This document shows, in pieces, positions 38,892 through 53,299 of a stretch of DNA of 64,000 bases. The stretch covers positions 126,728,001 through 126,792,000 of the forward strand of contig NC_042997.1 of NCBI RefSeq assembly GCF_006345805.1, in the 5' to 3' direction. The notes beneath the pieces are model-generated. The model was not told the DNA's origin. It saw nothing but the letters and a program-made list of their open reading frames with translations, and did not search any database. The stretch is from Octopus sinensis. Lineage: Eukaryota. The first letter of the stretch is position 1. Each line of letters starts with the position of its first letter. The translations under genes were made by a program, and so were the position numbers.

Positions 38892-40486
38892 ATGATGATG
38901 ATGGTGATGATGTGTGTGTGTGTGTGTATAATATAGTATAATCTGGGTAATAAGCTTATAGTCTCCATTCTAAATCTCTGCTACTAAATATTACAATTTT
39001 TTTTCTTTCAACCTTTTAAAGCCTAGCCAGGCTCATGTGCCCGGTTTCCTGGTTTCGATGGCATATGTGTTCCCCAGCTGGACAGGACGCCAGTCCATCA
39101 CAGTGTTACTCATTTTTGCCGGCTGAGTGGACTGGAGCAACGTGAAATGAAGTGTTTTGCTCAAGAGCACAACACATTGCCCGGTCCAGGAATCGAAACC
39201 ACAATCTTACGATCATGATGCTGACACCCTAACCACTAAGCCACATGCCTCCACAAATATTACTATACAGTAGGATTTCTCCCCTTACTGGATACTCATG
39301 TAGAAATCTGAAAATATCTGTAGAGTATAGCTATATGTAACATAAATATGTGTAACATAAATATGTGTAAGATTCAGCAGTTAACAGCTGATAATGATGC
39401 ATGGAAACAACTGTTGAATCCTTGTATTGAAATTTATATATAGGTGCAGGCATGGCTGTGTGGTAAGAAGTTTGCTTACCAACCACATGGTTCCAGGTTC
39501 CATCCCACTGCCTGGCACTTTGGGCAAATGTCTGTTATTATAGATTGGGCTGACCACTGAGGCAATTTGGTACATGGAAACTGAAAGAAGTCCATCATAC
39601 ACATGTGTGTGTGTCTCCATGTATGTGGTGTGTTTTTATGTCTGTATTTACCCCACCCCCATCAAGGCTTGATAACCGATGTTGGTGTGTTTACATCCCT
39701 ATAAATTAGTGATTAAGCAAAAGAGACTGATAGAATAAGCACCAGGCTTAAAAAAAAGTATTGGGGTTGATTCATCTCCTAATATAATAATGAGCATAGT
39801 GTTTTTATATATTTGTATATGTATAGTTGTCCAGAATCATGCTGCATGCAGAGAAGGAGAGAAAATAGTAATTCAGTGGAGGAGAAGTAGTGAGAGTAAT
39901 AGCCCTGACTGAGAGGGAGTGAGAGAAAGTAATTGCAATGAAAGAGAGGTAAGGGTGATAGATGAATAGAGTTGCCTGTCTTGACATCATAGGAAAATAG
40001 TGAGTGTCAGCATCATACAAGTAGCATCTTTCATTTCCAGTCATTCTTGCAGATATATCTGCTCTTAGGAAATATCCCCTCATTTGGAGATGGATAAGGG
40101 TTGCTACCAGGAGGAGTATCCAGCCATCAAAAATTAGAAAATCTGCCTCAACAAATTCCATCCAACCCATGTGAGCACGGAAAAGACATCATTCCTAAAT
40201 CAGAGAGAAAGAAAAAAGGGGCACCCTAAAATGGAAATCAAGTTGTTATATTTATACACAATTGACTAGTATATCCCTGATTTTAGAATTTCAGTACTGC
40301 TTGACTGGCCCTCATGTTGGTGGCACGTAAAAGCACCCACTACACTCTCGGAGTGTTTGGCAATAGGAAGGGCATCCAGCAGTAAAAACTCTGCCAGATC
40401 AGATTGGAGCCTGGTGTAGCCATCTGGTTCACCAGTGCTCAATCAAATCGTCCAACCCATGCTAGCATGGAAAGCAGATGTTAAAC

Positions 40487-40520
<34 letters not shown>

Positions 40521-40711
40521 GGTTTGTTGTTTACTATTGTATTTGGCATTATTTGCAATGCTTTAGACTCGTTGCAGATGCACTAGATGTGAATACATAA
40601 TCCTGATTCATTTGATGGAACAAAACAATATGAGGAGGTGCTGAAAAGTGCCTGGCTTTGGGTAAAAGAAAATACAGGAAGATCAGTTAATTATGATATT
40701 ATTCAGCATGT

Positions 40712-41136
40712 TCTTACTTGCTCCTGCCTCCCAAGCTTGCTCCTTCCCCTCGCATCTGCCCCTATCTCTCCAACACCTCAATCCTCACTGGCACCCACCA
40801 CCATCCCTATCACATCACTGACTCTTTTACATTCATCTCCAGTAATGTTATCTAATGCATCTCCTGCTCTCTCTGTCCTTCCCTGTAGATTGGTCAGACG
40901 AGAGGCTGCTTGGCTCACCGGTTCACTGAGCACCTCTGAAACCTCAGATTTGGCAATGACACCCTGGTCTCATACCACTTCCACTTCACTGGTCATTCAT
41001 TACAACATCTGTCTCCATTTGGATTGCCTCTGCACAGGGGCCACTTGGACTCCCGCCTTTGCTCTGAACAGGAAGTGATCTTCTCCCTTCATTTCTTTGC
41101 TCCTTATGGTCTCAATTCGCCATCTCACTTTATCTA
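40712..41136 (+). mobile_element. Penelope-like element GIY-YIG endonuclease fragment, decayed
   Basis: Manual translation: CPYL..DSFTFISSNVI*CISCSLCPSL*IGQTRGCLAHRFTEHL..HF..GH..EQEVIFSL..PYGLN. Confidence 0.75.
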
Positions 41137-41607
41137 ACACCAACCTCACATAGGTTCCCATACACATCCTGCATTCAACTTCTCCTTCCCTCCACCCCCA
41201 CACCAGCACACCACCTAACTCGGTACCCTCACCACACACACCACTATACAAACACCCATGCACACTGTTCAACTCAGTACTTAGATCACACACAGCCACA
41301 TATCTTCCCACTCCATGCACACTAGCACCCAACACCTCTCAGTACCCACACCACACACCATTATCCACACACCCACACACACTCTTCAATATACTCACTA
41401 CACACCACACACCATTATGCACACTCCCACACACACTCACATGCACATGCATTCACACACACCTTCCCACTTCACACACACCTTCCCACTTCACACACAC
41501 TATCACCCAATATCTACCTACCCCACCTCCTCCACCTCACCTCCCTATCCCACCTCCTCTCAACCCTATTCCACCTCACACCTCTACACATTATCCTACA
41601 ACACACA

Positions 41608-41642
41608 GTGTTCACTCCAAAAAGCACAAAACGTCTGAACAC
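41608..41642 (+). ncRNA. Hammerhead remnant downstream of the Penelope fragment
   Basis: 7-bp stem I GUGUUCA/UGAACAC enclosing ..GCAC AAAAC GUC. The CUGANGA box is missing. Confidence 0.45.
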
Positions 41643-42546
41643 AGATTATATACACACACACGCAACTTGCATAAACACACAATTTTCACACACAAACATA
41701 CACGATACACATACACACTATAGGGTCACAGATTTACACACACACACATGCACATACTATCTGAGCAAGTACACATCAACATTAAACACAAGCATTTCCA
41801 CATGTATGCATGCCTGCACACACACACACACACACACGATAGCCTCTCCATATACAAATGTCCATATGCACACATGCAAATACACAAAACACACACACTA
41901 GGTTACTTGGTTACTTGTACACATACACACACACAGGCCCATCTTTTGCACACACACACATACACACATGTACACACGTCCATACACAAACATACACACC
42001 ATTACATGAAACATGCATCACTCCACACAATGTATGCACTAGATTACATATACATGTACACAGACACACACACACACAGACTCTCAATTTTAAGCTCGCC
42101 CACACATACACATTCACACATTCGCCCCCATTCACACATACACACTCGCACACCCCATTCTCATATACACACACGTGCTTGCATTTATTTGTTTGTTTGG
42201 GTGACTTTTATTATCTCCCTTTCATTCATTCTCTTTCTTCCAGCCATTTCATCATGTTGAACACATTTTTTTCTCTCCCCATGTTTTTTCGTTCTCTCTA
42301 AATCACAAATCCTACCAAATCCACTCACAAAGCTTTGGTCAGTCTGAGGCTATAGTAGAAGACACCTGCCCAAGGTGCCATGCAGTGGGACTGAATCTTG
42401 AAGCAAACTGCTTACCACACAGCCATACCTGTGCTTATAAAAAAAAGGAGAAAAAAAATAAAAGGAACTTTATGACTGGCTAAGATATATATGTATATAT
42501 ATGGCTAAGATATATATATATATATGTATGTATATATATGGCTAAG

Positions 42547-42579
<33 letters not shown>

Positions 42580-45500
42580 TATATACATGTGGAGGCACAA
42601 TGGCCCAGTGGTTAGGGCAGTGGACTTGTGGTCATAGGATCACGGTTTCAATTCCCAGATCGGGTGTTGTGAGTGTTTATTGAGCGAAAACACCTAAAGC
42701 TCTGCGAGGCTCCGGCAGGGGGTGGTGGCGACCCCTGCTGTACTCTTTCGCCACAACCTTCTCTCACTCTTTCTTCTGTTAGCCTGCTCGTTTTGCCAGT
42801 GGGGTGGCATCATTTAAAGGCTAAAACAAAGTGAAGCACACTGTGACAGCGATGTGTAGCAACATCTGATAGCCTGGTCGGTCACGGTGATCACAGTGAC
42901 ATATATACATATTTATTTCTTTACTACTCACAAGGGGCTAAACACAGAGGGGACAAACAAGGACAGACAAATGGATTAAGTCGATTACATCAACCCCAGT
43001 GCATAATTGGTACTCAATTTATCGACCCCGAAAGGATGAAAGGCAAAGTCGACCTCGGCGGAATTTGAACTCAGAACGTAACGGCAGATGAAATACGGCT
43101 ACGCATTTCGCCCGGCGTGCTAACGTTTCTGCCAGCTCGCCGCCTTTAGTGACATATATACATATTGAATATATATATATATTCTCTCTAGCAAATCTCA
43201 GTCACAAGGCATTGGTCAGCTTGCTGCCCTAGTAGAAACCACTTGCCCAAGGTGGTACCCAGTGGTACCCAGTGAAATGGAACCTAACTAAAAGCCAAAT
43301 AGTTCTGAAGTAAACTTATTAGTCCTGAAGCCATATCGGTTCTGATATTAAGGGTCTTGATTATGGTAACGATGTTGATGGAGATGAAGCATGACTACAA
43401 GGTTGATGATGGTAATGCCACTGTTGCTACTGCTGTTGCTGCCGCTGCTGCTGCTGCTGCTATGGTGATGATGATGATATTGATGACAATGACGACGACA
43501 TTGATGATGATGATGGGTAGAAGGGGGAGGAGGTGGAGGATGATCACGAACATGAGAATGACATTTATGGTAACATGATGCTGGAAATGATACCAACAAT
43601 GCCGCTGCTACAGGTGCTGCTGCAAGTGGTGCTGCTGCTACTGCTACTGCTGCTGCTGATGACGATGATAAGCAATTTCCTTAGAGAAACTTGGACTTTC
43701 TTTATTTTTCAGTCATAAACCAATATTTCCTGTTTCTCTTTTTTTTCTCTTTTCTTCTATTTTTTTTTTTTTAGTTTTGCCTCGCCTAATAACTTCAGCA
43801 CAGATTGAGACAAATACCAACCAAACACTGACCAGACCAGACCAAACCAGACCAGACCAAAATGGAAATGGTTTCAAACTTGACTTGTGAAGAACTGAAG
43901 AAAACTAAAGACAACCAAAGAACTAAATAAGCAACCAGTGATTGGTAACGTTATTGATCCTGTTCTCATTATCCATTCTTATCACATGTCTACATCATCT
44001 TAATCTATTCTCTGCCAGACAAACTTCAATGTCTTTTATTCAATATCCTCTTATTTGATTGCTTTATATATTTTCAATACTGTTTTCTCACCTCGATTTC
44101 TCTGTAAGAAGTGTTTTGTCCTTTTTGTTTTACTTTCAAATTTATCTGCTATTATGTTTTCCATGAGTGCTATGATAAGAAGGACAAGAACTTTGTACTT
44201 TCTTACGAGCTGGTTTATTAGAAATTAATGGCTTCGTCAGCATTGTCTATCCAGCTCACAGCATTTTAACTTCATACAAGTGGTCACTCCTCATTAATTG
44301 TAAATTCTTAATTAGAAAACATCTACCGTATAATCTTAACTAATGAGGAAATTTCTTCATGGTTTTTTTGTCAGCCTGCTAGAAATAATGGCCAAATCTT
44401 TCGCAAATCATATCCAATCATCTTCATCATCATCATCATCATCATCATCATCGTCATCATCATCATTGTCATCATCATGATCATCATCATGATCATCACC
44501 ATGATCATCATCATGATCATCATCATGATCATCATCATTATCATCATCATCATTGTCATCATCATCACCATCATCGTCATCGGCGTCGTCATCGTTGCCA
44601 TCATCATTATCATCATTGTCATTGTTGAGACTGTCATCATCATCCTCCTCATCCTCCTCATTGTCATTGCTGTCGTTGTCGTCGTTGTCGTTGTCATTGT
44701 TGTCATCATCGTTGTCATCATCATCATCATCATTGTCATCGTTGGCATTGTCATCATCATCATCCGCATCATTGTCATATCATCATTGTTGTTATCATTA
44801 TCATCATCCTCGTCATTGTCCTTGTCGTCATCATCATCATCATCATTGTCCTCGTTGGCATTGTCATCATCATCATCATCCTCGTCATTGCCATTGTCAT
44901 CATCATCATCATCATCATCATCAATGTCATAATCATTGTTATCACCATCATTTTCATTTGATTCCTATTTTCCATTCTGGCATGGCTTGGACTGTTGAAA
45001 ATGATCCGAGATGAGCCCGAGGACTTTGTCAAGTTCCAATGTCTGTTTTGGTATGGTTTCCTCAGCTGCATGCCTTTCCAAATGCTAACCACTTTACGGA
45101 GTATTCGGGGTGCTATTTTTTGTGGCACAGCACTTCTGAGATTGCCAGATAAGTTGCAAAACAAATAAAAAGCCCCCTCGACTGAGTAAAGTTGTAGCAG
45201 AGAGGGAAGTGGCTTTATACCAGTTGTTGAAAGGCCAAAGTATGATAGAGGAACAGACACAGATATCTGGCTATAGACAAGATACTGAGCTTACCTTGCA
45301 TTACATTAAAGTGGTTAGGGGTTGCTTGAAGGAGAAATAAAGATGGTGGCTATGAGATGTGACGGTGTAATCTCAAAGTACAAGAATATGACTACAAGAG
45401 CTGAATAGAGACAAAAACTGAAAGGACATACTAGAGCAAATAACAACATCAGTGATGACGATGATGTCGACAACAACAGCAACAGTGGAGACGCAATGGC

Positions 45501-45979
45501 CCAGTGGTTAGGGCAGCGGACTTGCGGTTGTAAGAATGTCATTTCGATTCCCAGACCGGGCGTTGTGAGTGTTTATTGAGCAAAAACACCTAAGCTCCAC
45601 AAGGCTCCGGGGGGAGGGGGGGTGAACCCCGTACTTCTGCCACAAAGCAGAGGAACCATGGTGTAACCCACTATGGCGTGGTAAACTTTCAGACCCTGGT
45701 CTAGATTGCGAATACTCTGTACCCCAGGATGGTTCAGCTCTCCACCCATTAAAAAAAGCCACCGTTTATGGAATGAGGATAACAATGTAGCTTTAGCGTC
45801 CGTGCAACCACCAGTCTATCGAGTGTGGTGGGTGGATCTTCAAGTAGCCACATGCATTCTTAGTAGCTTAGAGTAGGCTCGAATTAGAGATTATTCTTTG
45901 TGGCTAATGGCTTGCGTCCTGACTAGAAGAAGAAGACAACAACAGCAACAACAGTTCATTATGTTCTCTATATAAAAAT

Positions 45980-46362
45980 GGTCAACTTTCAATCATTCCA
46001 AGTCTATATTACCCATAATACCTAATTCAAAATGGTTGTTATACCTGTGTCTTATAACTAAGTACAAATTGCATGAGATACAGAAATTTACCATCATGGG
46101 TATATATTCTTAAAGCTCCTGATTACCATAATTATTTTTCTAGTTAGGTTTGATCTGGAGTTGAACTGCAAATGACTCATTACATTCCATATTTAAGGAA
46201 GGTCAACTTTCAAGCATTTCATATCTACATTACAAATAATTACTTGTTCAAAATGGCTGCCATGTTTGTCACCCTGTAACTAAATGTGTTACATGAAATA
46301 TAGCAACATGCCTTCACAGTTATATACCCATGACTATAATAATAATTTTTGTTTTCTAGTTA
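45980..46362. repeat. Diverged direct repeat (45980-46147 and 46201-46362)
   Basis: Both begin GGTCAACTTTCAA, share TTCAAAATGG.TG and TAACTAA, and end TTTTCTAGTTA. Confidence 0.65.
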
Positions 46363-47084
46363 AATCCTTACAAATTTCGAAATCAAAACTTATTTTCAAT
46401 CTCTGTTGTTATGGTTACATCAATATTTAGTTCTGAGTGTTACTATCTCTCAGTCCCAAGATGACCTTTCTTACTTTATGCTTTCCAGCTTCATATATTC
46501 TCTTGTGTTGAGAATATATATATTATACAGTTGCTCACACATCAACCTTCAAATTTTCATACAAATATCTGATGGATTTGTTATTTATTTCACTTTGAAG
46601 AACATGTAACATGAGATTTAAGCTGCTTACTATATCTAACACTATATCACATATCTAATTCCTTCACTTAGGCTTTTAATAGGTTTGCTGTATTGTGAAT
46701 TTAACTGAGACACACATATCTCACTGTTCCTTCTAACATTTTGCATACATGCTCATACACATATCTACACAATATTCATACATGTGTGCTCATATTTGTT
46801 CAGCCAGTCATTCTTTCACCAAATAAGGAAGCCTCTGCATTGTTGTCCAACCTGTTAGGCATAATAGTAAAATTCTGGTAAAATACACATTACTGTCTTA
46901 AATAAAGGAATGATTACATTGGACTATGCTGTCCTACATAGCTCTAAAAAAACAGACTGGATGGTCATAACTGGAAAACCTTGTATTACAGGTCTGGTCA
47001 ATTAATTCTGACCTAGGGGTAAGCAGCAATTATGTGTATACATACACATACAAAATTACATCACATGCACATACAGAAATATGC

Positions 47085-47121
<37 letters not shown>

Positions 47122-47128
47122 TATATAC

Positions 47129-47936
47129 ATGGTCATGTGGCGAGAATGGATGAAGATAGGTGTGTGAAAAAGTGCCAATCCCTAGCAGTAGAGGGAACCC
47201 GTGGAAGAGGTAGACCCAGGAAAACCTGGGATGAGGTGGTGAAGCACGACCTTCGAACTTTAGGTCTCACTGAGGAAATGACCAGCGACCGAGACCTTGG
47301 GAAATATGCTGTGCGTGAGAAGACCAGGCAGGACAAGTGAGTCCAGCCCACTTATGCATGCCTTTCCTCCCTTGGACACACAAAGACCTGTTGAGGCAAG
47401 CGAAGTCAATATCGAACCTCATCCGACGACAGGCACCTATGCCAACCCCCCTTTGCTTGCGAAGACCTGTTGGGGCAAGTGAAATCGGAATCGAAATTGA
47501 ACCAATCCTATGACTGGCACCCGGCAGATGCCAGGACCCCTGGACTGGAGATACGTAAAAAGCACTATCCGAATCGTGGCTGATGCCAGTGCCGCTTCGA
47601 CTGGCTTCCGTGTCGGTGGCACGTAAAAAGCACCATCCGAATCGTGGCTGAAGCCAGTGCCGCCTCGACTGGCTTCCGTACCGGTGGCATGTAAAATGCA
47701 CCAATCTGACCGTGGCCGATGCCAGCCTTGCCTGGCACCAGTGTAGGTGGCACGTAAAAAGCACCCGCTACACTCATGGAGTGGTTGGCGTTAGGAAGGG
47801 CATCCAGCTGTAGAAACATTGCCAGATAAGACCGGAGCCTGGTGCAGCCTTCTGACTTCCCAGATCCCCGGTCGAACCATCCAACCCATGCTAGCATGGA
47901 GAACGGACGTTAAACGATGATGATGATGATGATGAT
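47129..47936 (+). mobile_element. RTE LINE 3' end, little diverged
   Basis: GHVARMDEDRCVKKCQSLAVEGTRGRGRPRKTWDEVVKHDL, a UTR with ~57-bp tandem units, and a (GAT)n tail. Confidence 0.9.
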
Positions 47937-48113
47937 ACATACTAACACACATACAGATACTCATATGTATCTTCTTCAAATGCACACACACACACACACA
48001 CACATACACACACACAAACATACACACATTCGTAAACACGTATGACACACTCACATACATATATACAGATATATTGATTTACTCATATTTTTACCACACA
48101 GATGCCCCCCCTC

Positions 48114-48173
<60 letters not shown>

Positions 48174-49047
48174 TATATATATATACATATATGCATACGT
48201 ACATGCATGATGATGATATAAGGCACTCACATGCATTCACATATATGACACATAAATATTAGATATTTACACTCGTATAGATACACACATATATCTTTCC
48301 TTATTCATTCTTCACCAAACACATACGCACACATAGATATGACTCATCTGCAAACACCTATAAACACACACAGACAAATAGAAAGACATGTAGATACAAG
48401 ACTCATATACACATATAAAAGCTACAAGAACACATAACATACATACATATAAGATATATACATCCATGCACAAATACATAAATATAAGATATATACATCC
48501 ATGTACAAATACATACTGATGAATTTACTCATTTTTAACCAAACACATATGCACAAATATATGACACATACAAACACATTTGAAACATATGCATGTGCAT
48601 ATAAAACATATACATGTATAAGACACATACACAAAGGTATGAGACACATACAGGCATATACAGATACGCACATAGACACATATTGATTTGCTCATTCATT
48701 CCTTCACAAAACACCTTGAGGCATTCTCATCCAAACTTTGGTTTCCGAATCATGTCTGTGTCTAGCACAATGCTAAATCCTCCTCCCCGTGGGGATAAAC
48801 AAGTTGCTATTACTGACGCCTGTAGGTGAAGTCAACAAATTATTCCTGAAACATACAGTACCTCTGATAAACCGAGAGAGCTCTGGTACCTTCTTACAAG
48901 TAGGTGGATTGCTTTGCTGTTAGTTACTTGCAAATCATCCCTGGTTCTGGAGACTCACGATCAAAAGTTATTATGGCTATCCTCATCATGTCTTCCTTTT
49001 ATTTTCAGATTCAGGTGCCAGTGTGACTGTGAGGTTCAGAGGCTTTC

Positions 49048-49078
<31 letters not shown>

Positions 49079-49563
49079 TGTATGTATGCATGTATGTATG
49101 TATGTATGTATGTATGTATATATGTATGCATGTATGTATGTATGTATGTAAGTATGTATGCATGTATGTATGTATGTGTATATATACACACACATATATA
49201 TATATATATGTACACACACACATATATATCATCATCATCATCATCCTCATTGTTTAACATCCACTTTCCATGCTAGATATATACATACATATATACACAC
49301 ATACACACATACACACATATATACATACATATATATACATATATATTTTTTATTTTATATTTTTTATTTTACTTGTTTCAGTCAGTTGACTGCGGCCATG
49401 CTGGAGCACTGCCTTTAGTTGAGCAAATCGACTCCGGGACTTATTCTTTGTAAGCCCAGTACTTATTCTATCGGTCTCTTTGCCGAACTGCTAAGTGACG
49501 GTGACGTAAACACACCAGCATCGGTTGTCAAGCAATGCTAGGGAGACAAACACAGACACACAA

Positions 49564-49594
<31 letters not shown>

Positions 49595-49801
49595 CATATA
49601 TACGACAGGGTTCTTCCAGTTTCCGTCTACCAAATCCACTCACAAGGCATTGGTCGGCCCGGGGCTATAGCAGAAGACACCTGCCCAAGATGCCACACAG
49701 TGAGACTGAACCCGGTACCATGTGGTTGGTTAGCAAGCTACTTACCACATAGCCACTCCTACATATATATATACATATATATACATATATATAAATGTAT
49801 A

Positions 49802-49834
<33 letters not shown>

Positions 49835-50522
49835 CATCATCATCATCATTGTTTAATGTCTGCTTTCCATGCTGGCATGCATTGGATGGTTGGATGGTTT
49901 GACTGAGGTCTGGCGAACCAGATGTCTGCGCCAGACTCCAATCTGATCTGGCAGAGTTTCTACAGCTGGATGCCCTTCCTAATGCCAACCACTCCGAGAG
50001 CGTAGTGGGTACTTTTAAGTGCCAATGGCACGAGGGCCAGTCAGGCGGTACTGGCAGTGGTCACGCTCAAATAGTGCTTTTTATTTGCCACCTGCACAGG
50101 CGCCAGTCCAGCGGCACTAGCTACGACCTCGCCTGAATGCTTTTTCACGTGCCACCAGCACAAGTGCCAGCAAGGCAACGCAGGTAACGATAACAGTCGA
50201 ATGGTGCTTTTTATGTGCCATCGGCATGGAGGTCAGCTTGTAGCTCTGGCAATGATCATGCTCATATGGTACTCTTAGCGCTCCACTAGCACGGATGCCA
50301 GTCATCGAATCTGATTTCAGTTTCGATTTTGATTTCACTTGCCTCAACAGGTCTTCGCAAGCAGAGTTTAGTGTCCAATGAAGGAAAGGTACACGTAAGT
50401 GAGCTGGTTACACCCCTGGCATAGGCCACAAGGTTATGGTCTCACTTGAGGTTGCTGAGTCTTCTGAAGCACAGCATATTTCCAAAGGTCTCGGTCATAT
50501 ATATGTATATATATATATATGC

Positions 50523-50557
<35 letters not shown>

Positions 50558-50749
50558 ATATATTATATATATATTATATATATATATATATAATATATAT
50601 ATATATATATAATATATATATATGCATATGTATATATATATGTATATATATGTATGTATATATATGTATATGTATGTATATATATGTGTGTATGTGTATA
50701 CATATGTATGTATATATACATATATATGTATGTGTGTATATATGTGTAT

Positions 50750-52280
50750 ATCATCATCATCATCATCATCATCATCGTTTAACGTCCGTTCTCCATGCTA
50801 GCATGGGTTGGACGGTTCGACCGGGGTTCTGGGAAGCCAGAAGGCTGCACCAGGCTCCAGTCTAATCTGGCAATGTTTCTACAGCTGGATGCCCTTCCTA
50901 ACGCCAACCACTCCGTGAGTGTAGTGGGTGCTTTTTACGTGCCACCTGCACAGGTGCCAGGCGAGGCTGGCAACGGCCACGGTCGGATTGGTGTATTTTA
51001 TGTGCCACCGGCACGGAAGCCAGTCGAGGCGGTGCTGGCATCGGCCACGAGTCGGATAGTGCTTTTTACGTACCACCAGACCAGGGATCCTGGCTGGTTC
51101 AATTCGATTTCGATTTCGCTTGCCCCAACATGTCTTCACAAGCAAGGGGGTTGGCATGGGTGCCTGTCGTACGGTCGGATTGGAGTATTTTACGTGCCTC
51201 CGGCACGGAAGACAGTCGAAGCGGCGCTGGCATCGGCCACGAGTCGGATAGTGCTTTTTACGTACCACCAGACCAGGGATCCTGGCTGGTTCAATTCGGT
51301 TTCGATTTCGCTTGCCCCAACATGTCTTCGCAAGCAGGGGTGGTTGGCATGGGTGTCTGTCATCAGATGAGGTTCTATATCGACTTCGCTTGCCTCAACA
51401 GGTCTTTGTGTCCAAGGGAGGAAAGGCATTCATAAGTGGGCTGGGCTCACTTGTCCTGCCTGGTCTTCTCACGTACAGAATATTTCCAAAGGTCTTGGTC
51501 GCTGGTCATTTCCTCAGTGAGGCCTAAAGTTCGAAGGTCGTGCTTCACCACCTCGTCCCAGGTTTTCCTGGGTCTACCTCTTCCACGGGTTCCCTCAACT
51601 GCTAGGGATTGGCACTTTCTCACACACCTATCTTCATCCATTCTCGCCACATGACCATACCAGTGCAATCGTCTCTCTTGCACACCACAACTGATGCTTC
51701 TTAGGTACAACATTTCTCTCAGGGTGCTAACGCTCTGTCGAGTATGTACACTGACATTACACATCCATCGGAGCATACTGGCTTCATTCCTCACGAGCTT
51801 ATGCATGTCCTCAGCAGTCACGGCCCATGTTTCACTGCCATGTAGCATGGCTGTTTGTACACACGCATCATACAGTCTGCCTTTTACTCTGAGCGAGAGG
51901 CCTTTAGTCACCAGCAGAGGTAAGAGCTCCCTAAACTTTGCCCAGGCTATTCTTATTCTAGCAGTTACACTTTCAGCGCACCCACCCCCACTACTGACTT
52001 GGTCACCTAGATAACGGAAGCTATCAACTACTTCTAGTTTTTCCCCCTGGAAAGTGACGGAAGTTGTTTTCTGCAGATTTTCGGAGGTTAATGCTCCCGA
52101 GCATCTGCCACATACAAAAACTATCTTTCCAGTTAGCCTACCTTTGACATTGCTGCACCTCTTATGTGTCCATAGCTTACACTGGGTACATCTTATAGAG
52201 TTTCTACCTACACCTTTTCTACAGATCGAGCAGGGCCATCTTCCTGAAGACATTTGTGGATTGTCTACCTTCCTACTTAT
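50750..52280 (-). mobile_element. 5'-truncated RTE LINE (1.5 kb) with an open ORF C-terminus containing a PHD-type finger
   Basis: ORF 51447..52340: C4HC3 finger, VDSFRYLG, ARIRIAWAKFREL, LHGSETW, RLHWYGHV, RGRPRKTW. Confidence 0.92.
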
Positions 52281-52728
52281 ATGTATATATACACATACAT
52301 ACATAGGAAAGCTTCTTAACCTCACAGTCACATATTTCATGAAATATGTATGTACCGATGGGTATGTTTGTTCATAAAGATATATTTGTATATATGTGTG
52401 TGTGTGTGTATATACTTATGTGTGTATTCATCATTTATATACCTTTTCACTCCTACATAACTACAATAATCTTCAGATTGATTGATTATTTAAATTCCAC
52501 TATTATTTCTCTTTTGATACTTTTCTCTTTCCTCTCATTATACTTAATCTGATAAGAATAATATAATTCACCTAATTATAATAATAATTGATTACTTTGT
52601 ATAAATATACATATACTTGTAAATGTATAGATATGTATTTATGTATATTTATGTATATGTAAAAGTGTGTGTATATATATATATATGTGTATTTATATTT
52701 ATAACTTAAACTTATGAACTTTCTAAAC

Positions 52729-52850
52729 CCTCTGATGAAGCCCAGAGGCTCACTGAAGTACTTTAATCTTATCTACCAAATACTTCAGTTCACCGAAGGG
52801 ATAGAAGTAAAGTGGGGTACTATGACCTCTTGGCTGAAACAGCTATAAGA
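52729..52850 (+). ncRNA. Type-I hammerhead motif with ~97-nt branched stem II, partly decayed
   Basis: CU CUGAUGA AGCCcAGAGG..CCUCUuGGCU GAAA C AGCU AUA AG. Inner hairpin ACUGAAGUA/UACUUCAGU. Confidence 0.65.
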
Positions 52851-53228
52851 AACTATTCTACTTTCTGTGTTCTACATTATATATTTTAATAATTACTGGT
52901 ATTTTAATATCTTATATATTATATATGTAAAGCATAATATGTTATACATGTATGCATATTGCTATAACTGTTTCTTTAAAAAATATATAAATCGACATAA
53001 TGTCTAAAAGTTGATGAATATCACCTCTTGATCTCCTCCATTTTCTTATTGCTATATAAATTAACGGTAAAATAACTCTTTACCCTCACCCATTTATTAC
53101 ACTCTGTAATGTAATTGCCATGCAATGAAAAAACACTTGTGTATTAATAATTGGGTATTCTACCAGCAGTATAATGGGTAGTTATTATCCCTTAGTTGGT
53201 TGGATTCACAAACTCTAACTCTCTTGGA

Positions 53229-53299
<71 letters not shown>

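Noticed and set aside
44180-44247. Minus-strand CUGACGA with downstream GAAA
   Set aside because: Stems II and III are not adjacent to the boxes.
48715-49030. Possible minus-strand exons
   Set aside because: Short frames with stops, weak splice sites and no recognisable domain.
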